64,000 nucleotides of DNA, taken from the NCBI GenBank assembly GCA_964016885.1, contig CAXHJY010000238.1, forward strand, positions 61,787 through 125,786, given 5' to 3'. Of this stretch, positions 25,945-41,154 are shown piece after piece; within the stretch, counting starts at the first letter, position 1; each line of letters opens with the position of its first letter. Source of the stretch: Eledone cirrhosa. Its lineage: Eukaryota. The position numbers and the translations under genes are program-made. The notes beneath the pieces are model-generated. The model was not told the DNA's origin, searched no databases, and was given only the letters and a program-made list of their open reading frames with translations.

Positions 25945-26480
25945 ATAATAAATGTGAAGACTAAAATCCAAAGAAGGCTCGATAAGGATAAATATATATC
26001 AAATATATAAGAACCCAAGAGCAAATATTTATTAAAATAACAGATTAAAGTTTAAGCAAAGAATCGCTGCTTTCACCCTTAACGGGATCTTCTGAAACTA
26101 AAAAAAAATCAATCTGTGAAGGCAGAAGTAAATATTTCGAAAAAAAGGAAAACCAAAGGAAAATGGGAAGCCGAGAATCATTCGGTTTCCTAAATAGAAT
26201 ATTAGTCTAATGACTCCAATTATACCATAAACGGTGGTTTTGTTTTTGCGTGTAATTGTTCTCATCGCTCCACATATTATCTTCGCCTTTTTATGTTCAT
26301 TGTCATGGAACGTCTTCACGAACCAAAGTATCGTCTTCCTCTTTTCCTTCGGTTATAACGTTTTTCTAAATATTTACTTCTGCATTCACAGATTGACTTT
26401 TTTTTTTTTGTTTCAGAAGATCCCGTCAAGGGTGAAAGCGATTCTTTGCTTAAACTTTAATGTGTTATTTCAATGAATAT
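25945..26480 (-). mobile_element. Penelope-like fold-back remnant with variant hammerhead core
   Basis: ~120-bp inverted arms (26026-26145 and 26361-26480). Each carries gttt-CAGAAGA-tccc..ggg-t-GAAA-gc..gc-tt-aaac. Confidence 0.5.
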
Positions 26481-26573
26481 ATGTATGTATGTATATGTGT
26501 ATGTATGTATGTATGTATGTATGTATATATGTATGTATGTATATATGTATGTATATGTATATATATGTATGTA

Positions 26574-26604
<31 letters not shown>

Positions 26605-27169
26605 GTATGTATGTATATATATGTATGTATGTATATATATGTATGTATGTATATATATGTATGTGTATATATGTATGTATGTGTATATATGTATGTATAT
26701 GTATGTATGTATGTATATGTATGTATGTATGTATATGTATGTATGTATATGTATGTATGTATATGTATGTATGTATGTATATGTATGTATGTATGTATAT
26801 GTATGTATGTATGTATATGTATGTATGTATGTATATGTATGTATGTATGTATATATATGTATGTATGTATATATATGTATGTATGTATATATATGTATGT
26901 ATGTATATATATGTATGTATGTATATATATGTATGTATGTATATATATGTATGTATGTATATATATGTATGTATGTATGTATGTATATGTATGTATGTAT
27001 GTATGTATATATATGTATGTATGTATGTATATATATGTATGTATGTATGTATATATATGTATGTATGTATGTATATATATGTATGTATGTATGTATATAT
27101 ATGTATGTATGTATGTATATATATGTATGTATGTATGTATATGTATGTATGTATGTATGTATATATATG

Positions 27170-27250
<81 letters not shown>

Positions 27251-27287
27251 GTATGTATATGTATGTATGTATGTATGTATATATATG

Positions 27288-27370
<83 letters not shown>

Positions 27371-27540
27371 GTATGTATATATATGTATGTATATGTATGT
27401 ATGTATATGTATGTATGTATATGTATGTATATATATGTATGTATATGTATGTATGTATATGTATGTATGTATGTATATATATGTATGTATATGTATGTAT
27501 GTATGTATGTATATATATATATATGTATGTATATGTATGT

Positions 27541-28996
27541 GTGAATTACCGTCCAATCTCACTCACCTCTCATATCATTAAGGTATTTGAGCGAGTGGTG
27601 AGATCGCGAATGACCCACTTCCTTGAGAGTAACAATATGCTGAACTCCAACCAGCATGGATTCCGTAATGGAAGGGATTGCCTGACGCAACTACTGCATC
27701 ACTTTGATGACATTTTGAGAGCCTTGGGAGAGGGTTCCAACACTGATGTTATCTACCTTGATTTCAGCAAGGCCTTTGACAGGGTTGATCATAACATTCT
27801 ACTGAGAAAGCTGTCCAATATTGGTGTCACTGGAAAGCTGCTGCAGTGGATCAAGAGCTTCCTGTCAAACAGAACCCAACATGTTGTAGTTGAGGGAGTC
27901 AAATCAAGCCCAGCCAAAGTCAGTAGTGGAGTCCCACAAGGCACTGTGTTGGGCCCACTTCTCTTCATCATCTATATTAATGACATCACTGACATCATCA
28001 AACACAGCAACATTAAAATTTTCGCTGATGATTCCAAGCTCCAAAAGGTCATCAATGGCGTGGATGACCGGATAAGCCTTCAGTCAGACCTACTGGCTGT
28101 TACCCAATGGGCAGAAAAGAACAACATGTTACTGAACGAAGACAAATTCGAACTGATCCACTTTGGAAAAGAGGATGCTCTGAAACTCCCGTACTCCCTT
28201 CCCTCCGGGGAAACTCTCGTGGCATCTAACAACATCAGAGACTTGGGAGTAACCGTGGACAGCAACATAAGCTGGACCACGCATATAAGCAGCAAAGTTG
28301 ACATGGCCCGCAGAATGTGTTCCTGGATCCTCAGAACCTTCCAGTCGAGAGATTCCCGCACCATTATCCTTCTCTTCTCTACTTTCGCCCGACCACACCT
28401 TGAATACTGTTGTCCACTGTGGTCTCCCCACACGAAACAAAGTATCATGAAACTTGAAGCTCCTCAAAGGGCAATCACGAAAAAGATAGATGGCATGTCA
28501 GACCTTGACTACTGGGGTCGATTGGAAAACCTGAAACTTTACTCACTCCAACGTCGCCGTGAGCGTTATATTATCTGCATGATGTGGAAAATGTTCCATC
28601 ATCACTGTCCAAATGATGTTGGCATCGCCTTCAAGATACACCCAAGGCTTGGGCCCCGTGCTATCCGTCCCATTCAAAAATCTAAATCGCAACTCATAAC
28701 AACAATACGGCACAATTATTTCACCTCAATCGGCCCTGCTCTCTTCAACATCACACCAGGACACGTCAAAACAGAAACTGACCACACAAGATTCAAGAAG
28801 TCTTTGGACAAATTCCTCCAAGTAATCCCGGACAAACCACCCACACCCGGATATGTCTCCGCAAACAGTAATTCTCTTCTCGAATGGGCCATGGTGCCCA
28901 AATCCTGAATTGAAAGACTTCGCCAGGTGGTGCTATTAAGTTAGACATGGCCTGGGCCAATACTGGCCAAAACATTTCAAAGTTTTCAAAGTTTTA
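27541..28996 (+). mobile_element. 5'-truncated CR1-group LINE, copy 1 (RT frame intact to stop at 28908)
   Basis: [64 protein letters not shown]. Short 3' UTR with (TTCAAAGT)2 tail. Confidence 0.93.
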
Positions 28997-29228
28997 TATA
29001 TATATGTATGTGTATGTATGTATGTATGTATATATATATGTATGTATGTATGTGTATGTATGTATGTATGTATATATGTATGTATGTGTATGTATGTATG
29101 TATGTATGTATGTATGTATGTATGTATGTATGTATGTATGTATGTATATATGTATGTATGTATGTATATATGTATGTATGTATGTATGTATATATGTATG
29201 TATGTATGTATATATGTATGTATGTATG

Positions 29229-29259
<31 letters not shown>

Positions 29260-29352
29260 ATATATATGTATATATATATGTATGTATATATATATGTATG
29301 TATATATATATGTATGTATATATATATGTATGTATATATATATGTATGTATG

Positions 29353-29386
<34 letters not shown>

Positions 29387-30314
29387 TGTATGTATGTATG
29401 TATGTATGTATGTATGTATGTATGTATGTATGTATGTATATATGTATGTATATGTATGTATGTATATATATATGTATATATATATGTATGTATGTATATA
29501 TATATGTATATATGTATGTATGTATATATATATATGTATGTATGTATGTATATATATATATATATGTATGTATGTATATATATATGTATGTATGTATATA
29601 TATATGTATGTATGTATATATATATGTATGTATGTATATATATATGTATGTATGTATATATATATGTATGTATGTATGTATATATATATGTATGTATGTA
29701 TATATATATGTATGTATGTATATATATATGTATGTATGTATATATATATGTATGTATGTATATATATATGTATGTATGTATGTATATATATATGTATGTA
29801 TGTATATATATATGTATGTATGTATATATATATGTATGTATGTATATATATATGTATGTATGTATATATATATGTATGTATATATGTATGTATGTATATA
29901 TATATGTATATATATATGTATGTATGTATATATGTATGTATGTATATATATATGTATGTATGTATATATATATGTATATATATATGTATGTATGTATATA
30001 TATATATGTATGTATGTATATATATATGTATATATATATGTATGTATATATATATGTATATATATATGTATGCATATATATATGTATATATATATGTATG
30101 TATATATATATGTATATATATATGTATGTATATATATATGTATATATGTATGTATGTATGTATATATATATATGTATATATGTATGTATGTATGTATATA
30201 TATATATGTATGTATGTATGTATATATGTATGTATGTATGTATATATATATGTATATATATATATATGTATATATATATGTATGTATGTATGTATATATA
30301 TATATGTATGTATG

Positions 30315-30348
<34 letters not shown>

Positions 30349-30404
30349 TATATATATATGTATGTATGTATATATATGTATGTATGTATATATATATATG
30401 TATG

Positions 30405-30439
<35 letters not shown>

Positions 30440-30448
30440 GTATGTATG

Positions 30449-30515
<67 letters not shown>

Positions 30516-30962
30516 ATATATGTATGTATGTATATATATGTATGTATGTATATATATATATATATGTATATATATGTATGTATATATATATATATATGTA
30601 TATATATGTATGTATATATGTATATATATGTATGTATATATGTATATATATGTATGTATATATGTATATATGTATGTATATATGTATGTATATATGTATG
30701 TATATATGTATGTATATATGTATTTATGTATGTATGTATGTATATATGTATGTATATATGTATGTATATATGTATTTATGTATGTATGTATGTATGTATA
30801 TATGTATGTATGTATATATATATGTATGTATATATATATATGTATGTATATATATATATGTATATATGTATGTATGTATGTATGTATATATATATGTATG
30901 TATGTATGTATATATATATGTATGTATATATATATATGTATATATATATGTATATATATATG

Positions 30963-31047
<85 letters not shown>

Positions 31048-31180
31048 GTATATATATGTATGTATATGTATGTATGTATATATATATGTATGTATGTATA
31101 TATGTATGTATGTATGTATATATGTATGTATGTATGTATGTATATATATATGTATGTATGTATATATATATGTATGTATG

Positions 31181-31213
<33 letters not shown>

Positions 31214-31218
31214 GTATG

Positions 31219-31251
<33 letters not shown>

Positions 31252-31398
31252 GTATATATGTATGTATATGTATGTATGTATATATATATGTATGTATGTA
31301 TATATGTATGTATGTATGTATATATGTATGTATGTATGTATGTATATATATATGTATGTATGTATATATATATGTATGTATGTATATATGTATGTATG

Positions 31399-31432
<34 letters not shown>

Positions 31433-31561
31433 TGTATGTATATATGTATGTATGTATATATGTATGTATGTATGTATATATATATGTATGTATGTATATA
31501 TATATGTATGTATGTATATATATATGTATGTATGTATATATGTATGTATGTATATATATAC

Positions 31562-32316
31562 ATCAACTGCCACCACCACCACCACCGCCACCGCCGTCGC
31601 CATCACCATCACCAGCGACCTGGCCTTAAGAACAACTTTAATAATAATTTTTCTGCGTTTGGCACGGATCCAGCGACTGGCCAGCGCATCACTGGTACTC
31701 TCTTTTGTTGACTCCGTGGAGAGCCATAACTCTATGCTGTAAAGCAATTATAGTAATACTGGACTGTAATACGATCGGCTTCAACTATACAAACTCTTGA
31801 AAGTCAACAGTTGACATAATCTGGTAATCTTGTATCAGTAATGACGGTAATATATATATATATATGTGTGTGTGTGCGTGTAAGTGAGTAGAGTAGCGTG
31901 TGTGTGTGTTTGTTGTGTGTGTGAGTGTTGCTGTGTGCACGCATATGTATGCGTGTGTGTGTATGTAGTACGTATAAGTGTCAATAAGTAATTTTTTTTT
32001 TTTTTTTTTTTTTGCGCGGGGACATAGAAATAATCGGGCTGGATGCCCGATCGCGCAGTTAAACCACTGGGAGTGAAGAACCCCTAGCCCATGTCAGGGT
32101 ATTCTTCTAGGAGAAGGCATCTCAGGAAACTGGGTTAACTCCGATATAAAACCTGCGGCTCAGTAGTTACCGATGATGTTGATCTTTTCTTCTTTTCGGG
32201 TTATAGCTACTGTCGCTCAGAGAGTGGGATTGGTTCAGTGCACAGTCTTTCCTCACTTTAAAAATATTCGTCACGCACAGGCATTGCACGAGTGCATTAA
32301 TAATTATTAATAGTGT

Positions 32317-32351
<35 letters not shown>

Positions 32352-35300
32352 TATTATTACTTTTTTTTTTTTTTTTTTTTTTTTCCCCAATTCAATGATG
32401 TTCCAGAACAATGTAAACGAGATAATTGGCAATTTGGGTTCTGGAACAAAAAAGATCATTGGCAATAAGGGCAGGGGCCCCAAGTTATCACAACCTGGGC
32501 CCGCCCGTCATCGTGCCATTGTAATAGAGCCAAACAGGGCATTTAGTCTTGGCTGCTGGAACGTACGGACGCTGCTTGACAGGGATTCTTTGGAGCGTCC
32601 TGAACGAAGGACCGCTCTTGTTGCGAAGGAGCTTCGACGTTACGATCTTGACATCGTGGCTTTGTCTGAGACGAGGTTAGCTGGAGATGGTCATCTTACG
32701 GAATTTTGTGGAGAATATACATTCTTCTGGAAAGGAAGAGATGAAGGAACCAGAAGAGAGGCTGGGGTAGGATTTGCTGTTAAGACTGTACTGGTGAATA
32801 AATTGGAAGAATTCCCAGTGGGGATTAGTGAGCGTCTTATGTCCATGAGAGTTCCGCTGGACAAGGGAAGATATGCTACCCTGGTGAGTGTGTATGCTCC
32901 AACTATGAATTCTGTCGATGAAGAAAAACTGTCCTTTTACCATGCCTTGAAAGGTGTTTTAAGAAATATCCCTCAGGCAGACAAAGTCATCGTGCTTGGT
33001 GACTTTAATGCTAGAGTGGGTAGGGATTTTAACACATGGAATGTAATCGGAAGGCATGGGGTGGGAAAGTGTAACAGCAATGGTATGCTCTTGCTGCAGA
33101 TGTGTGAGGAGCTGGATCTGTGTGTTACCAGCACCATGTTCCAACAAAAGAACAAATTCAAGACCACATGGATGCATCCTGCATCTAAGGAATGGCATCT
33201 TTTGGACTACGTCCTAGTCAGGATGCGTGACAGACAGGATGTGCGGTGTGTTCGTGTTCTTCGTGGAGCTGAGTGCTGGACGGACCACCGCCTGGTACGC
33301 GCAAAAGTGAATCTAATCACCAAACGTAAAATCCGGGCTCCTGGTGTTGCCCTGCCCAAAAGATTGAATGCTGCTCGTCTTAAGGATAAAAATGTGAAGA
33401 GGACATTGGAAGAAGAGATGCAGGCTGCAGATCTTGGTGAGGATTGGCCGACCCTTAAAAAGTCGGTTTATGATGTAGGCAGACGTGTTCTGGGATTGGT
33501 GCAGAGAAAACATCAGGACTGGTTTAATGAGAAAGATGTGCATATAGATGACTTGTTGGCTGATAAGAGGCGCGCTCTGTCACGCTACTTGACGGCAAGA
33601 CCACAGGAGAGGAATACGTTGCATGAGGAGCTCAGGGATGTAAAATCACGTGTTAGGCGGAGTCTTTCTCAGATGAAGGATCAGTGGTGGAGTGAGAAGG
33701 CTGGTGAGATACAAACTGCGTCTGATTGCAATAACACAAAGCTGTTGTACAGTCTCTTGCGTGAGGTTTATGGACCGTCTTCTTCTCTGGTGACACCGAT
33801 TCGCAGCAAGGATGGCAAAGAACTTCTTCGTGACTCACAGGGAATTCTACGAAGGTGGTGGGAGCACTTTGATGATCTTTTGAATCAGCCGTCTGTCGTC
33901 AGTGAAGATTTCCTCAATCTCATTCCGGAAAGTCCTGTGAAAGTAGCTCTCGCAGAGCCTCCGACACTTGTGGAGGTTGCAGTGGCTATTTCGAAGCTGA
34001 ACAGTGGAAGATCTCCAGGTATGGATGGCATACATGCTGAGCTCCTACAATATGGTGGTGAGAGACTCCTGCAACATCTTCACTCTCTGTTTGGAAGGAT
34101 ATGGGCTAATGAATCCGTGCCTGAGGACTGGAGAGATGCAGTAATGGTGGTCTTGTACAAGGGAAAGGGTAACAGGAATGATTGTGGGAACTACAGAGGT
34201 ATATCATTGCTTTCTGTCGTGGGGAAAGTTTTATGTAGGGTGCTTCTGGACCGTCTGCTGACACACATTGCAGATTGTGTCCTTCCTGAAAGTCAATCTG
34301 GTTTTCGTGTTGGACGCGGCACTACTGTTATGATCTTCTCAGCTAGACAGCTCCAGGAGAAGTGCATTGAACAGGGCTTGGATCTGTATCAGGTTTTTGT
34401 CGATCTGACAAAGGCTTTCGATACTGTCAACAGAGATGCATTATGGAAGGTTCTCCAGAAACTTGGTTGCCCTGATAAGTTCCTTGCTTTAGTTAGGTCT
34501 TTCCATGACGACATGAAGGCTTGGGTTAATGTCGGAGGTAACATGTCGGAGCCTATCTCAGTAAAAAATGGAGTGAAACAGGGGGATATTCCAGCACCGA
34601 CCCTGTTTGCCATATACTTTGCAATGGTTTTCTGTATTGCATTCAGGAATTGCGAGCATGGTGTTTACATCCGATATCGAACCTCAGGCAGCATATTTAA
34701 CATCAGGCGCTTTGCTGCGAAGACAAAAGTATTTACATCAGTCATAAGAGACCTCTTGTATGCAGATGATTGCGATCTTGTAGCGCACACAGAGTGATAT
34801 GCAGCACATTTTGAATGTATTTTCTGACGCTTGCACTGCCCTGGGTTTGACTGTCAGTCTCAAGAAAACCGTCGTCATGTACCAACCTGCACCTGGTAGG
34901 CAGTACACTGAACCAAACATCTATGTGTATGGCAAACGACTTGGAGTGGTTGATCAGTTTGTCTACCTGGGAAGCACTGTCAATCGATACGGCAACCTTG
35001 ACAGTGAAATCTCACTTAGGATTAGGAAAGCAAGTGATGCTTTCGGAAAGCTAGAAAGGCGACTCTGGGGTCGGCGAGACATATGCAGGAGGACAAAGGT
35101 AAAGGTGTACAGGGCATGTGTACTCTCTTGTCTTCTTTATGCCTGCGAGACCTGGGTCACATATCGACGCCACCTTAAGCAATTGGAGCGTTTCCATCAG
35201 ATGTGTCTCAGACGGATACATGGCGTTCGCTGGAGGGACCACATCAGTGATGTCGAGATTTTGGAAAGCTCTATGTGTGACAGTATAGAAGCTCTTGTGC

Positions 35301-36059
35301 TTAAGCAGCGACTCCGTTGGAGTGGTCACCTTGCCAGGATGAAGGATTCTAGAATACCAAAACAACTCTTCTATGGAGAGTTGGTTAAAGGAAAACGACC
35401 GCCACATAAACCAAAAAAGAGGTATAAGGATTCCTTGAAGGCCTCTCTGAAAGACGCTAACATCTCTGCTGATACATGGGAAAATATTGCTGCTGATCGT
35501 AATAAATGGAGAAAGACTGTATATGAGGGAAAAGTTGCCTTTGAGGCATCTCGAATCGCACACGAGAAAGTAAAGCGGGACCTGAGGAAGGGTATTGCTG
35601 TTGCACTTCCAGACGGCGAGGGTCCTCCTATGTTTCTGACATGCAGCGTCTGTGCGAGACTCTGCCTAAGCAAAGCTGGACTCGAAAGTCATCTTCGCAG
35701 TCATAAAGTAAGACCAGTGGTTGACTACCAGGCTGCTGTTGGAGATGCTACTCATCATGCTTGCCAAACATGTGGTAGAGAATGTAAATCAGCAGGAGGA
35801 CTCAAGCGACATGCAAAAGTACACGAACTCCAACCACAGCCGACTATTCCCAGTAAATGTTTTGGTTGCCGACTCTGTGCAAGACATTTTGGATCATTGG
35901 CTGGGCTAAAAAGCCACATTCGATCGCAGCACTGTTAGTTGCTATCGTGTGTTTGTGTGTGTGTGTGTGTGTGTAGATATGCTTATGTGCGTGCGTGTGT
36001 GTGTGTATATATATGAATATGTATATTATTATTGTTGTTGTCGTTATTATTATTATTGC

Positions 36060-36102
<43 letters not shown>

Positions 36103-36168
36103 TTTTTTTTTTTTTTTTTTTTTTTTTTGTGCAATGGCCATACTCGATAACGAGGGGGCAGCCATCAT
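31562..36168 (+). mobile_element. Near full-length RTE LINE with three C-terminal C2H2 fingers
   Basis: Long 5' region (left boundary uncertain; 32015 onward is secure), EN-RT ORF, microsatellite-containing 3' UTR, terminal ctcgataacgag stem-loop running into ATGT repeats. Confidence 0.88.
32395..35938 (+). pseudogene. RTE EN-RT-3xC2H2 ORF with a single frameshift near 34795
   Basis: WNVRTL, LSETRL, SVYAPT, GDFNAR, TWMHP, LDYVL, TDH; NYRGISLL, FVDLTKAFD, GVKQG, YADD, YLG. Fingers CSVC..HLRSH, CQTC..HAKVH, CRLC..HIRSQH. ORFs 32395-34797 and 34799-35938 abut. Confidence 0.9.
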
Positions 36169-36467
36169 GTATATATATATGTATGTATGTATATATATAT
36201 GTATGTATGTATATATATATGTATGTATGTATATATATATGTATGTATGTATATATATATGTATGTATATATATATATATATGTATGTATATATATATGT
36301 ATGTATGTATATATATATGTATGTATGTATATATATATGTATGTATGTATATATATATGTATGTATGTATATATATATGTATGTATGTATATATATATGT
36401 ATGTATGTATATATATATGTATGTATATATATATGTATGTATGTATATATATATATATGTATGTATG

Positions 36468-36501
<34 letters not shown>

Positions 36502-37522
36502 TGTATGTATGTATGTATGTATGTATGTATGTATGTATGTATGTATGTATGTATGTATGTATGTATGTATGTATGTATGTATGTATGTATGTATATATAT
36601 ATATATGTATGTATGTATATATATATGTATGTATGTATATATATATGTATGTATGTATATATATATGTATGTATGTATATATATATGTATGTATGTATAT
36701 ATATATGTATGTATGTATATATATATGTATGTATGTATATATATATGTATGTATGTATATATATATGTATGTATGTATATATATATGTATGTATATATAT
36801 ATGTATGTGTGTATATATATATGTATGTATGTATATGTATGTATGTATATATATATATGTATGTATGTATATATATATGTATGTATGTATATATATATGT
36901 ATGTATGTATATATATATGTATGTATGTATATATATATGTATGTATGTATGTATATATGTATGTATGTATGTATATATGTATGTATGTATGTATATATAT
37001 ATGTATGTATATATGTATGTATGTATGTATATATATATGTATGTATGTATATATATATGTATGTATGTATATATATATGTATGTATGTATATATATATAT
37101 ATGTATGTATGTATATATATATGTATGTATGTATATATATATGTATGTATGTATATATATATGTATGTATGTATATATATATGTATGTATGTATATATAT
37201 ATGTATGTATGTATATATATATGTATGTATGTATATATATATGTATGTATGTATATATATATGTATGTATGTATATATATATGTATGTATGTATATATAT
37301 ATGTATGTATGTATATATATATGTATGTATGTATATATATGTATGTATGTATATATATGTATGTATGTATATATATGTATGTATGTATATATATATATGT
37401 ATGTATGTATATATATATGTATGTATGTATATATATATGTATGTATGTATGTATATATGTATGTATGTATATATGTATGTATGTATATATGTATGTATGT
37501 ATATATGTATGTATGTATATAT

Positions 37523-38114
37523 GTGCTACTGGTAACATGTACCCCAGTACAACCTGTTTCATGGTCGGGTCGTTGGCGACTAAACTGGCAACCCCACCAA
37601 GGTTTCTTGGTGAGGAGGGTGACTTTGGACATCCTGCAGGACTAAAAACAAAACCTGTCAAAGGGCAAAGGAGCTCTTAAGAGTCAATGGCCATCCAAAA
37701 TCACTGGGAGAGATGACCCCTTAGCCTTTGTCAAGGCAGAATTCTAGGAGAAGGAAAACTCTGATATAACACCTGCAACCCTGATGGTATCCAATGATGT
37801 TGACTTGTTCTTCTTTTTGGTAAATATCATCTTGGTTAAGAGAGTGGGACTGGCTTTGTGCAGTGCCTTTGATCACTATAAAAGCTTCACGGCACAGGCA
37901 TTGCTTTATATCTGGAGATCTCTCTGCACTTGCCGTCACATGGTACCATGGGCCCAGCACTATGTGTCAATAATTGTCACAAGTGTAGTGTTTGTACCAG
38001 AGTTTTCAAGTCGCTGGCTGGACTAAAAAGTCACACTCGTTCAGCGCATCGGTAGGGGTTCTCCTACATGGATATAAAGTAGTGGCCGTACTCGAAAACG
38101 AGTTGGCAGCCACC
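37523..38114 (+). mobile_element. Non-autonomous bipartite RTE derivative (~600 bp), copy 1
   Basis: Shares a 5'-UTR block with 32079-32288, a C2H2 remnant and the 3' stem-loop with the RTE at 31.6-36.2 kb. Ends gcagccacc followed by ATGT repeats. Confidence 0.88.
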
Positions 38115-38941
38115 ATGTATGTATGTATGTATGTATGTATGTATGTATGTATGTATGTATGTATGTATATATATGTATGTATGTATATATATGTATGTAT
38201 GTATATATATGTATGTATGTATATATATGTATGTATGTATATATATGTATGTATGTATATATATATATGTATGTATGTATGTATATATATATGTATGTAT
38301 GTATATATATATGTATGTATGTATATATATATGTATGTATGTATATATATATGTATGTATGTATATATATATGTATGTATATATATATGTATGTATGTAT
38401 ATATATATGTATGTATATATATATATGTATGTATGTATATATATATGTATGTATATATATATGTATGTATATATATATGTATGTATATATATATATATGT
38501 ATGTATATATATATGTATGTATATATATATGTATGTACATATATATATATGTATATATATATATGTATGTATATATATATATGTATGTATATATATATAT
38601 GTATGTATATATATATATGTATGTATGTATATATATATATGTATGTATGTATATATATGTATGTATGTATATATATATATGTATGTATATATATATATGT
38701 ATGTATATATATATATGTATGTATATATATATATGTATGTATATATATATATGTATGTATATATATATATGTATGTATATATATATATGTATGTATGTAT
38801 ATATATGTATGTATATGTATGTATATATATATATATGTATGTATATATATATATATGTATGTATATATATATATATATGTATGTATATATGTATGTATGT
38901 ATGTATATATATATGTATGTATGTATATATATATGTATGTA

Positions 38942-38978
<37 letters not shown>

Positions 38979-39001
38979 ATGTATATATGTATGTATGTAT
39001 A

Positions 39002-40153
39002 TTTTTTTTTTTTTTCTCTTTCTCTTAATTTTGAGTATATTTTTTGACCGGCCACCTTCCTGGTGGCAAGGTTGTAAAAGAAAAGAAATTGTCATCTCTT
39101 GAATCGCAAGAATGTTTTGCAAATTTTGAAGGTGCCAGCTATCGCAGCCATTTGTAGACTATGAATTAGGGAGCTGCGCTTTTTGTCCGCAAATCCAAGT
39201 TCAGTCATACTTTGGTCCAAGCGGGTTGGTATATAACCCGTAGCACCAATAATGATGGGTATGAAGCTAAAGGTGTATCTTGGATACTGGATTTGTAAAC
39301 TCCTCATCAATGGTCCGTAGATGTCCTCCTTCTCCTGTATTTTTCTGACAACATTTACATCAAGTGGGCAGCTGATCTCCACAACAGAACACGTTTTCAA
39401 TGTGTGGTCCCAAACTACAATATCAGGCCGGTTGTGCTTTAATTTGGTGGCAGTTTTTATTTTCAGGTTCCACCAGTATTCCTTAGTGCCATCTGTCTCA
39501 ATATATTCTTCCTCGTTTGTTGTTGATTTTGTTTTCCGAAGTGCGTTCCAGATGGTTCTAGCTATCCCATCGTGTCTCATGGGGAGGTAGTAGCGAGATG
39601 ACATTCTTTCGCAGCTGGCAACAATGTGGCTTACATCCTCGATCTTTGTTTTACATAGCCTACATTTATTGTCAGCTGCTGGCCCTCCTCTTTTGTGCAG
39701 CAGATATTTGGTAGGGAGTTCTTGTTCCTGTATTGCATAGAGATATCCCTCAAGGTGTGATGTCATAAACTTGTCGGAACTCCATGCCAGGCTTTTTGAG
39801 TGGTTTATCCCCTCTATGGTCTGTGTTTTACGCCTCAAGTATCCATGCACAACTTTTTCTGTAAATTGGTCAATTTTTTTTCTTGTTTGAACATTGAATA
39901 GGATCTTCCGATTTCTCTGGGTGAGAGATTTATATCGGGCTTTATTCCATATCTCTCCTCCAGATCAGTCGCTATTCTAATGATATTTCTTTTTTCATGG
40001 TCATAAACCTGGGCAAGATGGTTGCCAACCTTTTTCCTCTGTTGAAGGTGTTGCTTCAGTGTCACTATCCGGGTCTCATATGTTGTTAATATTGATTTTA
40101 GACCCCGGCCACCTTCCTTGCGTGAGAAGTATAGCCTATCCACATCACCCTTG
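39002..40153 (-). mobile_element. 5'-truncated R4/Dong-like RLE non-LTR retrotransposon
   Basis: [22 protein letters not shown] knuckle CRLC..SHIVASC, RHD, RLE motif RPDIVV..VVEISCP..K. One frameshift. Poly(A) tail. Confidence 0.9.
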
Positions 40154-40381
40154 ATATATATGTATGTATATATATATGTATGTATGTATATATGTATGTA
40201 TATGTATGTATATATATATGTATGTATATGTATGTATATATATATGTATGTATATATATATATATATATATGTATGTATATATATATATATATATGTATG
40301 TATATATATATATATATATGTATGTATATATATGTATATATATATATATATATGTAATATATATGTATGTATGTATGTATG

Positions 40382-40414
<33 letters not shown>

Positions 40415-40527
40415 ATATGTATGTATGTATATATGTATGTATGTATGTATGTATATATGTATATGTATGTATATATGTATATGTATGTATGTATATATAT
40501 GTATGTATGTATGTATATATATGTATG

Positions 40528-40566
<39 letters not shown>

Positions 40567-41121
40567 GTATATATATATATGTATGTATGTATATATATAT
40601 ATGTATGTATGTATATATATATATAAATGTATGTATGTATATATATATATGTATGTATGTATATATATATGTGTATGTATGTATGTATATATATATGTGT
40701 ATGTATGTATGTATATATGTATATGTATGTATGTATATATGTATATATATGTATGTATGTATATATATGTATGTATGTATGTATATATATGTATGTATGT
40801 ATATATATATGTATGTATGTATATATATGTATGTATGTATATATATGTATGTATGTATATATATATGTATGTATGTATATATATATGTATGTATGTATAT
40901 ATATATGTATGTATATATATATGTATGTATGTATATATATATGTATATATATATGTATGTATGTATATATGTATGTATGTATATATGTATGTATGTATAT
41001 ATATATGTATGTATGTATATATATATGTATGTATGTATATATGTATGTATGTATATATGTATGTATGTATATATGTATGTATGTATGTATATATGTATGT
41101 ATGTATGTATATATGTATGTA

Positions 41122-41154
<33 letters not shown>

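Noticed and set aside
26473-28908. 811-aa (and 1067-aa at 44489-47692) microsatellite-RT fusion proteins
   Set aside because: The N-termini are translated microsatellite joined to 5'-truncated LINEs, with no evidence of expression.
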